A stretch of DNA of 64,000 nucleotides. It comes from Bispira polyomma. Lineage: Eukaryota. The stretch lies in the NCBI GenBank assembly GCA_965649765.1, contig OZ287758.1, positions 13,020,001 to 13,084,000 of the forward strand. Reading direction: 5' to 3'. The position numbers were made by a program, and so were the translations under genes. Below the pieces are notes generated by a model. The model did not search any database. It was not told where the DNA came from and saw only the letters and a program-made list of their open reading frames with translations. Below are positions 51,884 to 64,000 of the stretch, in pieces (position 1 is the first letter of the stretch; each line of letters opens with the position of its first letter).

Positions 51884-52814
51884 CTAGACCTAGCGCATCG
51901 GAGAATCAATGCGTATTTGTATCCACCAGAAAGACAGAGCACCCTAGACAGAGCTTAAATCTGACCACATCCGAAGATTCTCAGCCCATGATTACCTATA
52001 AGTTGGTTTCACATTGGAAACCTGTAGGACCAATAATAAGTGAGGTATAAAAACTATTAAGTTTGGCTATTGTCATTTGACCTTGGAGAAGGGGTCCAAG
52101 GTCAAACCTGACCACATTAAACGATTCCCAGCCCATGATTTTCTATAGGTTGGTTTTACATCTCAAACCTGTAGGACCAAAAATAAGCGAGTAAAAGCAC
52201 TTTTAGGGGTAACTACCCTTGTCTGACCTTGATGAAGGGGCCCAAGGTCCAACCTGACCACATCATAAAATTCCTAGCCCATGATTTCCTATAGGTAGGC
52301 TTCACATGGCAATCCTCTAGGACCAATAATAAGCGAGTAATAAGCACTTTTAAGTTTAGATACTTTGTTTGACCTTGAGTGTGGGGTCCAATGTCAAACC
52401 TGAACATATCAGAAGATTCCCAGCCCATCATTTCCTATAGGTAGGCTTCACATGGCAAACCTCTAGGACCAATAATAAGCGAGTTATAAACACTTTTAAT
52501 TTTGGATGCCTTGTTTGACCTTGAATGAGGGGTTCAAGATCAAACCTGAACATATTAGAAGATTCCTAGCCCATGATTTCCTATGGTAAGATTCACATGC
52601 CAAACCTCTAGAACCAATAATAATGGAGAATATATTGACTTTTTAAGTTCGCTATGTGAGGTACTTTGGCATTCCGTGGGTGACCTTGAATAAAGAGCTT
52701 CAAAGTCAAATGTCTGAATGCTTGTAGAGGACATATAGTTATTTTACACATATCACCTATGAAAAGATTTAACCTTCTAGTTACGAGAACCAGCCAGTAG
52801 AAAAAAGTGGATAA
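51884..52814 (-). mobile_element. Helitron/Helentron-like non-autonomous element, copy B, with 5 core repeats of 146-147 bp
   Basis: Core marker (C/T)AGCCCAT at 51982, 52129, 52275, 52421 and 52567. Terminal hairpin plus CTAG at 51884-51913. 5'-truncated relative to copy A. Confidence 0.85.
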
Positions 52815-53306
52815 CACAGTAAACAAATGGGGTTTTTAAAATATTTTTTTTTTTTTTTGCTTTCTGTATAAGTTAAAGTAATTAGATTAAAGTTTACTGA
52901 AGTATCAGAAGATTGTTAACATCTGTCAAATAGTAATATTAAAACCACCAAAGCCAAACTTATAAGGATGATAAATGATCAAAAGTGAGCATCTCTTGAC
53001 TAATAATCCACTTTGCTTTATTTCGCATCCCATTACATTTATTTGTACAAGGCTTGAACACAAACAACTGGTTAGTTAATGAAATGTGATAAGAACAAAG
53101 GATCCGGTAACCATTCCAACCGGTAACATGTCAATGTACCAAACCTTATGTCATCAAAGAGAACAAGCACTCCCTTTGCCTTCCCCACTCCACACTAAAT
53201 ACACTGCATGACAGAGAAATGGTAATCAATTAGGATGTCGGCTAACAACAATCAATTATTTACACCTTATCATGTCATAATGTAAGAGAGAGAGAGAGGC
53301 TGGGGG

Positions 53307-53964
53307 CCGGTGTGAAGTATATAAATTACCCCCATGTTAAAGTTACCCCCTCTCACCGGTAACTTAAAGCCGATTTTTAAATTACCCCCCAGAAGTAACT
53401 TAAACTCAATTTTGTACTCCCTCCTCCCTACCCCTCATGTTTAAATTACCTGCTCTTTTTACTTTTTGGTGTTTTTTTGGTTATATCTTGTGTTATTGTT
53501 ATACATATTATATTTATTTCACTGATTATCTCTAACCACCATTGGTTAAAATAGTCTATTTCAATCAACCCAGGTTATAACTTTCAGATGCACCCTATCT
53601 ATCTCTAACTAATCAAACTTTCACAGTGCTTAATCTCCATTTAGGTGGATTCTTATACACATATTTTATGTTCATATTCAATTACCCTAATGTCCTTTTC
53701 CGGAAGATGGTCCTATTCTCTATTCTTGGAGACGCCAGACAGAATGTGTAACTGGGGAGAGAAAGCCTTAGCAAACAAGTACTTTAACACTAATGCTACA
53801 GAACGGGGGAAGGGGGGGGGGGGGGGGGTAATGTACAATTTTAGGGTGTAACCTTAAATCAGTTGAAAATAAATTTTAATATGCTTGCGAGCGTGTGGGG
53901 GAAGGGGGGGGGGAGATGGTGGAGGCGATAATACACAAGGGGTACTTTAGAAATGTTACACCTG
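53307..53964. mobile_element. Non-autonomous TIR DNA transposon with subterminal repeats
   Basis: Left GGTGTGAAGTATATAAATTACCCC vs reverse complement of the right end GGTGTAACATTTCTAAAGTACCCC. Several TTACCCC on the left and GGGGTA on the right. Poly-G tract at 53812-53828. Confidence 0.6.
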
Positions 53965-55539
53965 TTCAATGGATACATACAGAAGTGTGCTTTTTGGTCA
54001 CGTGTTATCAGCTGGTCAGGGTGGTAATTCAATAATTCTTCAGCGTGTATGGCATTATATATCTGGATTACACACACTCACTGACTAATTTGGCATGAAC
54101 ATATTTTATTTCTGACAATGTGGTGGTAGTTAGTTTATTATTTTATTTTAGATGTCTTACCTGAGTTTAAGTAGCAATACATATATTGTTGTAAACTTAC
54201 ATGCTCAGAAGTTAAGGTTGGATCTTAACCTAACTTAAGATTGAGGCTTTTTTATCTAAGTTGTATGTCTCCTCCCAGTGGCTTTTTATCAATACCTGTG
54301 TTTGTGTTTCAAGTTCATTGACTGATCTGCACACGAGGAGCAGCTCTATCTCTAATGCTGGTTTAATTGGTGTATGTCTACTTCTCTGTGTGGGAGACAT
54401 TAATAATTCTGTTCCTTTGGTTCTTGTTATTGTTAAGGGTGTCGAATTTGTTCTAGACAAAATTAGGAGCCAAAGATAGAAGATAAAAACCAATTTGAAA
54501 TATTGTCTCTGGTGTGCATGGGAAAACTGACTGAACCTAATAAAAAGTAATCCATGTCTGAAATCATGAAAAGATTGCATGGTGATCTTGTGTGGATATA
54601 GATTTTTATGGAACTGCTTCTTGTGAAAGAACTTGTTTTCCTACTCAGGTAGGTCTTAGGCTTAAAAACATTGTTTGTTTCAAACATACAAGCTGATTAG
54701 AAATGTATTGTATTGATGTGCATGTTTTTTAAAGTATCCTTGTATTAGTAATATAAAAAATAATATAGTTTTTGCCTAATTAGGATCCATAATCTTTTTT
54801 CACATATCTATGATGGGTTGTCTTTTGAAAGCTACTGAAGGTTCTCCCGGTGCAATAAACATGATGTAAGCCTTTATATATTACTCCAAACAGGCAAGGG
54901 ATTGTAATATAAACATTTAGGTTTTTTTTCAGTTTATATAATACATATTTACTTGTTTTCAAGGAAGAAGACGAAACAATATATTTATTACTGAAATACT
55001 ATCAGGTTTTAAGAATTTACTAGACACATCGCCTTCAATAAATGTTTGTCTGTTGCAATTATATTTGCTTTGGTACAAGTGCTCATATTTTATTTGTGCA
55101 TGGATTTTGTAAAATTGGTAGATATCTTATTTCAAAATTATTACCTAGATCTTCTCAAATTACTGAAACTGTTACAAAGAGGGTATATTCAAAATTACTG
55201 AAACAAATAAATAAATTTGACCCTGTACTTTAAAGTTAATGATGATTGATATTGTAGTTGTAACTAATATTATGCCTCAACATTTACTTGAATATGCTTA
55301 TTGACATATTGACTATTATTTAATTTTTAAAACCACTTTTTAAACACAGCTCTGATAATCATTTTAGGTCCAAACCAACTGATACAATAATAGTGTAACC
55401 AAGGTGAATGACATATACAAATAATTCATAACATATATTAGTGTCTTCAAGTAATGTATACATTAATTTGCACATTTTCAAGGCTATGGTTATTACAGTG
55501 TAATAATTTAAGACTTTATCTAGTAATGTATAAAGAAAA

Positions 55540-55785
55540 CATTTTTTGAGAGAAACAAGATCAAATCTTGTGACACTGGGTGATACAGCATTGAGTAGAT
55601 TGGCTCCTAAATTGTGGAATGATCTACCAGATGAAATTTGTGATATCAGCCTCAGTTTCATAGAGATCAAGACAAAATTAAAAACATTTCTATTCAAGCA
55701 AGCATATGATATTTAGAATCAAGCCCAATGATTATTCATTTGTGCATAGAATTGGGCTATATAAAACATAACTTTTTTATTTCAT
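55540..55785 (+). mobile_element. L2 LINE 3' fragment
   Basis: LGDTALSRLAPKLWNDLPDEI..KTKLKTFLFKQAY*, 3' stem AGCCCAAT..ATTGGGCT. Confidence 0.8.
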
Positions 55786-57950
55786 TATTACTAAGTAATA
55801 GTTAGAAACCTTTTGGACATAAGGAAAGATATATGTATGTCTCTTCTGAATACCTATAGATAATATGGAAGTCATTGACCTATACTGTTACTAGTAGAAA
55901 TATCTATAAGCTTATATATAAATACTTTAGTATTTCTGGCTAGAAAACTACCGTGGCATTAATGAATTTTCCATTATCAGTCTTTTCACAGAATAAGGTA
56001 AACAGGCTGTATAGACAAATGTACTAAGCTGTCAGAAGTGTTAATGATTACAAGGTGTTATTTCTCTATATGTACCATTCTAAAACTAGTAAACACTGTT
56101 AATGATCTTGTTTATGCCATGTTTTTCTATTTTCTATACAGGAGGCCAATGTATTATTCATACCTTTACACAGAAAAACTTGTTGTGCTAAATTATGTTA
56201 GTGTTTGATATGTATGTTTTATATCTACATGTAAAGTATATAAATATGTTTTAGTCAATCTAAACATCTAACCATGCAATTTTACTGCATTATAAATTGC
56301 TATATACTTCCTAAAATAACAGATTGAGTACCTTATTAAATACAGATAAATATTACCAAAAAAATAATACTCATTTTTTTTCATTTTGTTGCTGTTAAAA
56401 TCAAAGGGAATTGCAGGTAATGTAATGTTTTTCTTGGATAACAAACTCTTCTACAATTTGCATTGCCTTCAACTTTCATCTGACCTTCCAACTTTTACCC
56501 TACTTCGACCTTCGGTGAACTGTGGGATACATTGATAAAGTCTCCATAGAACAGGACGACAGTGATCAGATTACCAGGGTTGCGGAAAGCTTGAGGGTTC
56601 GTCTCCACAAATACCATCTGGCCAATGTACGATCGTACCATTTGCAATAAATGTTTGTGTCTCCACAAATGTAATTTGGTATGGGGTTATAAGACTTTTA
56701 AAGGATTTAATATTGTTTATGACACCACTTCTGTGCAATTTTTCTGTCCGATACGAAAATTTCCGCTTAAGGAGAAAATACTTTTATCGCAATCGCAAAC
56801 AGTACAGTGGCTTTGTGTGTTGAGACCGTTGTATATAACTTATAAAGGAGGAAACCTAATCGCCAATGCAAATCATACATGATATGGCGAAAATGGTACT
56901 TATGAAGACGCACACTAACATAGTAAAACAATGTTACCTGAAGGCATTGATTACTTCAACTTTAATCCTGAGTTAAAGACAAGTACACAGGTACTATTAG
57001 GACAAATCACTTGTCAGATAATCAGTGGGTATCTTTTTTTGGGTAATTTTAGTTTGCAATTTATGTTTTTATTTCAGTAACTACTTTTTAATACAGTCTC
57101 TTTTTGCTGTTCAAGCAGATAATAAATCCAACAAAATGATATTATGCTATTATTTTACATTACTGCGTGTTTTTTATAGATAAATAAAATTAGCTTAATT
57201 TATTTACTATGGAGGGGCCGACATTATAACAACACTGGCTTAACAGATACATAGTTTATGTATGATTTACAGACCTGTTCCACGTATGTAAGGGTAAAAA
57301 CTCACTTTAGAATCCCTGTACGATTTTTTAATAAGGTATTGGTATCAGATACTAAGATTTGATTGGTTATTGAATGTGCTGGTGTACATTGCAGCCAGAC
57401 ATGCACTTTACAATGAAGAGTTACTCTCTGATTAAACCATAAAATGTTTTTAATTAATATATGTATCACTGTAAAACGAAATATATGATTAAATAAGTAG
57501 CCACTTTGGGATATCTATTTTGTGATAAACCAGTGTGTTATATTACAAATAAAGTAGCTTGTTACCATTTACCACTAGATATCATTGTTTATTCAGGATG
57601 TTGTTAATAACTTATAAATAGAACAATTGATACATTTAAAAGTTGACCAATAATATTGTACAACATAACACTGTGTATCAGCATGCTATTAATAAAGGAT
57701 TACACTTGTTTGTAGCCAAGGGGTGTCATAAATTATTTTAAGTTTTTTGACTTTTGACAGTTATGGTGTGTGACACCAGTACAACCTAATTTGTCATATC
57801 TGCTAATGTAGTATGTAAGTGGAAATTTCCACCAGACTTGTGATATTTGATGTTTTTAGCTCAGGGAACAGGATGGAAAACATTTCCAATAAACATTTAG
57901 AGGTTGTCTTAGTTTTTGTACTAAAAATAAATTAAGTTATATTCAGTTAA

Positions 57951-57973
57951 CCCCCCCCCCCCCCCCCCCCCCC
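57951..57973. repeat. Poly-C tract
   Basis: About 23 consecutive C. Confidence 0.95.
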
Positions 57974-59086
57974 AATCTAATCTACTAACGTTCTATTCCA
58001 GTTACACTGTAAAGAAAGATTACACTGTAAAGACATAATCAGTTACATCTAGAATATATATATGTGCACAATAAACATTTATATGTGCAAAATAAACACA
58101 TTATTTGTGTAGACTATGCTTGTATTTGCAGATATATCTCATTTGAATTGAACTACCTTGTCTCGGTTTTAGAGAAAATTGAAATTTAAAGAAATGTTTT
58201 GTTTAATATATATAATAGAACTACATTGATATCTATTTCCAGGCACTGACAGCTAACTAACGTTATGTAGAAGTCAAATGTTAAATCAAGACATGCTTCT
58301 ACTGATAAAAATAGAAAGAAAACTTTTTCAATAATTTATAATTGTTGAAAAGTGTACTAGAAATAATTTGCACTAGTAGCTATTTTTGAAATATGACTAA
58401 ACAAGTTCAAACTTTCATGTGGTATTAATTTTCACACTATCCAGCTCACTAGCTAAAATAAATTCATGGTGAACATTTTCACTTTTACAGCATTTGGGGA
58501 AATGTTTACACACTTTGTCATTCCAATTTGTAACCTTAGTCAAAAATGTCTGACACATTTAATGACATGAAATTACAGACACTTCTATATATTTTGACTC
58601 AATTAATTTTCTAATTCTATATTGATTTGTCTAGCATTACATAGTAATATGACACTTTTAGTTGCATAATTATATGCAATTGGTTCTATATATATGTGTG
58701 TGTCATTAAGTATTAATTGAATCCATTCTGACCATTTTTGTAAAAAACATTAAATATTTTGGTCTAAGCTAAGCAAAGGTAAATAAAATGTTTTTTTTTC
58801 TGAGCAGAAACATAGACTCATGATGTTAGCCTTTCTCAAGCATTAAGTTTCTTTTGGGACAATAATTTTTTATTGATGTTATCAATGTCAACAATTATTA
58901 ATAATATTACTTAAACACATATTAAAGATTGCTTAGATAATCTTTTGGACAACATAAAACTTATGTCTTCCTGCAAAATTGTATTATATTACAATCATAT
59001 CTTTTAGAATATTTTTGGTTTTCTGCAAGGCTATCATTAAACAACAGAAAAACTCAAAAATTCTATAGTCCTGGATTTCAGACTTG

Positions 59087-59170
59087 ATGACAAATCTCTA
59101 TAGACATAAAACAGTGTTTCATGGTCTGGATTTTCTGAGACGTCAAACATCATCTAAATCGAGCAAACAG
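59087..59170 (+). CDS. Possible short alternative first coding exon (MTNLYRHKTVFHGLDFLRRQTSSKSSKQ)
   Basis: ATG after an in-frame stop, 28 codons, ends CAG|GTTAAG in phase 0 like the 28729 exon. Weak support only. Confidence 0.25.
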
Positions 59171-59649
59171 GTTAAGTATTAGAGGTGTGCAGTCATTATT
59201 ATACACATTAATTTATCAAGTTTATCCGTCTTTATTTTACATCACAACACAATTAATACATTTAGACTTTGAATATATTGTATTTGCAAATATTTGTAAT
59301 TTTTCTGTTTAAAACTTAAGTATTTCTACACACTTAAACGTTTTTACAATTAAGTAAACATGTAAACCTTTTAAACTTTGCCCTGCATTTTATGTATTAT
59401 GTAAATAGTTTTATTTATCAAATGTTGTCTTTATAGAGGCATGAATACAAATCAATCAAAATAAAGAAGAGATTTTTTTTGTTGAGATTATAACTATTTT
59501 TCTCTTTAAACCTTCAAATTTATAATATGTACATTAAAGTCAATTGTGAATTGACTAATTAACTGGTGCTGAGGTTTGACATATACAGAAAGTTTTGACT
59601 CCATGAAAAATGACACAAACCTTAATATTCATAAGTTAGTTACAGAATG

Positions 59650-59910
59650 GGACGCGGTCTTCTGTGGTCTAGTGATTAGCCTGTTAATCTGGGTATCAGA
59701 AGGTTCTCGGTTCCATTCCTGGTTGGGGAGTTGGTCTGGTGATCAGAAGGTCCTAGGTTTGACTCCTAGTAACACTGTAATATTGACTGGGGAATAACAG
59801 TATGTAAACACAACATAAACCTACTGATGACAACCAATACCTAATTGTATTAGGACTACGATTAATGGTGTATCGATTTTGATGTTGCACTTTAGAAGAT
59901 GTCTAGCATC
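59650..59910 (+). mobile_element. tRNA-derived SINE with a duplicated head segment
   Basis: Box A tggtctagtga. The atcagaaggt..ggtt..a.tcct segment occurs twice. Body related to 8310-8495. Confidence 0.5.
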
Positions 59911-62236
59911 TATAAGGAACGGTAAAAAATCTAGGATACCATAAAATATCTTTTTTTCACAGGTAAACCAAGAGCATATTTAATCAAGTATTGATCTGGC
60001 ATCCATGAAAAAGGAGTAAATTCCTTTTTTGTATTGTGTCCTCTATGAAGAAGGTATCTAGTGAGAATAGACAAATATTTGAACATTACATAATCACCTC
60101 AAGTTTGACGTCTTGAAAAAAAATTGGGAACAAAAATAAAAGATTGTGCACACAATAGCCTCTCATAGTCCCTAATTGAATTAAATTGTTTTTGTAGTAT
60201 ATTCAAACATGTTTCCGAATTATCCTCTCAAATCTTTGAATTGAATACTTACATTAAGATCATACTGTAGCAATAAGCTACGATCTAAGAGCACAACGTT
60301 ATAAAATAATCCATTGCACTTTACAGTACTAATTGCAAGAATAAAAACATTGCGCTTCTAGTAAATAATTGCACAAAGACTGAATGTCTTTATAACATTT
60401 GTCCGACCAAAAGTAACTCAAATCTTAAATCTAACATAACTACAAAATGTTTATGTTTAAAACTTTATGGTAATATTTAGCTACAAGTATGTAGTCATGG
60501 CGGCATCAATTATCGCTTAAGATAAATGTTTGTAAATGGACAAAACATGCATTCCGGTGCCTCTTCTCATGCTAGAATTAAGGAATAATTCATGACAAAC
60601 GAGGGTTTAATGGGAGAATTTTACCACGAATGGAGGTGTAGGAATATATATATTATATTATTTTACTGTGGGGAACTACTTAACCAAATATAAGTAATAA
60701 ATATTATAGGAGGAAAACGGTCTCCTACGTTTCAACATTGTAGTTGTACCGAACTTTAGAACCAATCAGAATCGGTGATTCAAGTTTGTCCTGTTAGAAT
60801 GGAAGTTAAGCCAAATAAAACAAGAAAAATGACTATGTATCTCATCAAACTCACTTGTATATACAGCCTGACAGAGAGGCTTGAAAAACATCAGACTACT
60901 GAATAACATTAGGGCTACCAGCTTAAAACAGTTGACAAACACTTAGGAGGTGTGTCTGTGTGTGTACTCATTAGAAGATATCTTCTGTGTAAAAAGCCAG
61001 AGAACTATTGATTTGTCACACTACTGCATATCACTACTTGCTTAATGACATTGACATAAGTGTTACACAAGTATTATATATTACTTTTCATAATCGGATG
61101 ATTACATTTTAATTCTGTATATCGGTTGGTTTGTCCCATTGACAAATGTTCTCTATAAGGTAAATCTAATTTTCCAAGCCTTTTTGGGTACAATATCTTG
61201 CAAAACTCGATGTCCTTAAAACTAATATTTGGTTTTGCTGGTAGATGAAAACAAGAGTACGGGATTGCTAGTAAAAATATTTTGGACTTGTACCAATAAA
61301 AATCATAGGACATGAACCTCCTCAGCATAAATTAAATCCAATATAATTATTACTTATTTTTTTAGATCCACAGTTTTATATTGTTGTCTCTTTTATGAAA
61401 AACAGGACATGCTGTTAATTTATTGAATTGCTGTGAATATAAATCCAAATAAAAAAACTCTATGCTTAAAGTGTGGGACAAACTAGTAATGTCTCCTAAG
61501 GATGTTAAGTTTTTGCAATAGATAGGCAGTACTTCAACAGAAAGAGTATCCTGTTATATTTTGGTTTAAATTCATTCCATAGATCAGATTAACTTATCTT
61601 AAGAATGTTTACCATGTATAAATTAGGTACCAAAAAACCCGAATCTTTGCTATATGAAACAATTGTATGTGTAATGGATAACAACTTATATTCTGTCTTA
61701 CATCATTGCATTATGCAATCAGGAAACACACAAATATTGCTCCATACAGGGATATTTAAATACTGTACAAGTGAAAACTTTAGCTGGAAGGAAATGTCAC
61801 TAATTTACAAGTCTTGAGAAGTTTACTGGAATTAATGATTTTGCAATTAGCTATTTCTTATATAGAATGTCAATACATGTTCAACTCTTTTCTCTGGGAA
61901 TTAATTTTTGTTTTTTATTTACCAATTTATTTGCTAAAATAGCTAAAATGTAATTTCTTGTGAAAATGTGTACTTTATACAGTATTATCTGGTCAGGCTT
62001 AAGCAAAGTTCATTGTCAATATTCTCAGGAAGCAACAGTTTAACACTGATTTGGATTTTTTTTAGATGCAGCCTCCTAATGAAACAGTTAAAGTAAGATT
62101 ATAATAACAGTAAAAAAATAGAAATAGGTAGTCATTAATATTATTCTAATTGTATGAAACATTTACATAATCATAGAGTCATTTAATCAATGAAATAATC
62201 AATTCAGTAGATCTAGATAGAGCCTATGTAATCCAG

Positions 62237-62473
62237 GGCCCGTATTCATCAAAATAATCTCAAACTTAGACTCAAAATTTAAGGTCTCCCTAAATTTGGA
62301 CAGACACAAAATACATCAACATCTGACTGAATATTTGCAAATTCAGCAATGGATAATTTATTAAAATGAATGGTTACATATAGGTGTAGGTTATTTCCAT
62401 GTACAGGAGTTACACATGTAGCTTTCACTTGAGGTGAGTCTGAGTTTAAGCTGGAGTTTCTTTAGAGAATACA
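62237..62473. mobile_element. Harbinger-like MITE, same family as 47330-47800
   Basis: CAG|GGCCCGTATTCA start, GAATAC end, and shared attcagc..aaaatgaatgg..aggttatttccat interior. Confidence 0.65.
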
Positions 62474-63339
62474 AACTCAGCTATCCGCCTGTATGGCTGT
62501 TTGGCCGGTGTGTTGATTCAATCTGGATCTTTCTCTCTGGATCTTTAAAACCTCCATGTTTGGAGTGGTGTAGGTTTAATAGTGGGCTGGAGGCTCTCAG
62601 TGTGTGTGTGTGTGCCTGTGAGCTTGGTGTGGTTAGTTATTTTACTGGTTGGTGGATTCCTGTACCCATTGCTTATAACATTCAACATTTTTGCTCTGAA
62701 GAAGTGATGGATTAGATAAGATATATATATTTAATAAAGAAAGACAATCAACAGAGAGATTATAGAAAATCTTATTTATTATTTTTTGTTGTTTTATTTG
62801 TTTGTTAAAATTAGGTCATATTATCACACAGGATCTTGTAGCAAAAATTTACATGAGAAATTAGATCTTGTAAGAGATACTTACATGTAATTAATTGTGA
62901 CAATAAAAGAACGTTTTGAATTGGACATGGTGAAATCTAACATCGCTGAAGATTTACGAGACCAGATATTCAGTGATTATTAATAAAATTTTTAAAAACT
63001 TTTGAAAACCCTCTTGGATAAGCATTTTGGGAAGACAGGCAGAACAGGTAAACTTATAGTAAATAGTTTTTCATATACCTTGTGTAAAGTGTAATGAAGT
63101 TTTTGTTTTAATAGTAAATTATCATTTTTAGTGGCATTGTTTAATCAAAAATAATTAAATAAGCTGTCATACATCAAAATTTGTTATTCTTTTTAATATT
63201 TGGGGCATCTTTTATATTTTCTATTAATTTTCTCAGTCTCAACCAATCAGATTATTTGAAACAATACTTTCAGCTAATCAAATTGATTGAGACAAAACAA
63301 AATTAGAAACTTTTTTTTTTTTTTTTTCCCCCTTACAAT

Positions 63340-64000
63340 ATGTGTGCCATTAGGGCTGCCATCTTGTACCTGTCATTCCTTACGTTCTGTTACCGCAACG
63401 ACTTAAAATTATCTGATACATTGTCAATGCAATACCACCTGGAAGATATTATTTTGTCTTGCAATCCTGTTCCACACTTCTGGTCCCTCCACACACACTG
63501 TTATTTTCGATCTAAATTCTGCCCAGTCAATTACCTACCAAAGGCTAAAACATTCAAACTCATTACTATCCTACTGGCAGGTGATATTGCGAGTAACCCT
63601 GGCCCAATTCAGTTTGGATTTGGAAATGCCCGCTCGTTGCGGAATAAAGACCCTGTCATAACCGATTTGATCGACTCATCCTCCATAGATATTTTCGGCA
63701 TCACAGAAACACACATTAGGAGTTCTGATACTCCATCATTCCTCTCTGAACTTACCCCAGCTGACTTTCAGCTATTCCATACCCCTCGTGTAGGTAAACA
63801 GGGTGGGGGGTGGGATTTTTTATTAAGAAAAACTATGAATGTCGATTAGTTGCTACACCAAGTTTTACATCTTTCGAACTCATCCTTGTCTCTGCTCACT
63901 GGAAAAACCAGTGTTTAAATTTTGCAACAATTTATCGGCCTCCTGGCGCAAATCTCACTACATTTTTCGAAGAATTCATGTCTTTTGTTGGGTTTACTTG
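63340..64000 (+). mobile_element. 5' end of an L2-clade LINE ORF: hydrophobic leader, 2A-like motif and APE endonuclease (frameshifted, continues beyond the window)
   Basis: LLAGDIASNPGP (63571-63606), then APE motifs NARSL, DIFGITETH, R..K.GGG. After frameshifts (G-run near 63810 and again near 63910): SFEL..IYRPP..FFEEF. Confidence 0.9.

Noticed and set aside
35777-52826. Similar short ORFs at 35940-36212, 52213-52431 and 52608-52826 as a gene family
   Set aside because: The similarity comes from the two copies of the non-coding Helitron-like repeat.
56575-56880. hAT-like terminus CAGGGTTGC with repeated GTCTCCACAAAT
   Set aside because: No matching opposite TIR or 8-bp TSD found.

Overview
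AT-rich, repeat-dense eukaryotic (animal) genomic DNA. The repeat families suggest a lophotrochozoan, probably a mollusc (inference). There is no prokaryotic gene organisation, rRNA, intact tRNA gene or CRISPR array. Most of the window looks intronic or intergenic around one + strand host gene. Its clearest part is a 245-codon S/K/R-rich exon (27995-28729, followed by GTGAGT), with a probable 5' UTR exon at 26196-26455. Mobile DNA dominates: (i) a decayed DIRS/Ngaro-type retrotransposon on the - strand (about 15300-18950; gag with zinc knuckle, RT, truncated RNase H, no recombinase in the window); (ii) at least eight L2-clade LINE fragments, including a 5' end at 63340 that encodes a hydrophobic leader and a 2A-like DIASNPGP motif before the APE endonuclease; (iii) five near-identical tRNA-derived SINEs, four with TSDs, plus older SINE families and a SINE-in-SINE nest; (iv) Helitron/Helentron-like non-autonomous elements with 146-147 bp internal tandem cores; (v) several TIR elements, including an AcademH-like element with a perfect 9-bp TSD; (vi) a 55-bp minisatellite that arose from L2 ORF2 coding sequence. 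I cannot show a wholly new biological system from sequence alone. The best leads are the apparently ORF1-less leader-2A-APE LINE, the AcademH-like element with hairpin-forming ends, the LINE-derived minisatellite, the nucleosome-length repeat cassette and the host gene's overlapping uORF.
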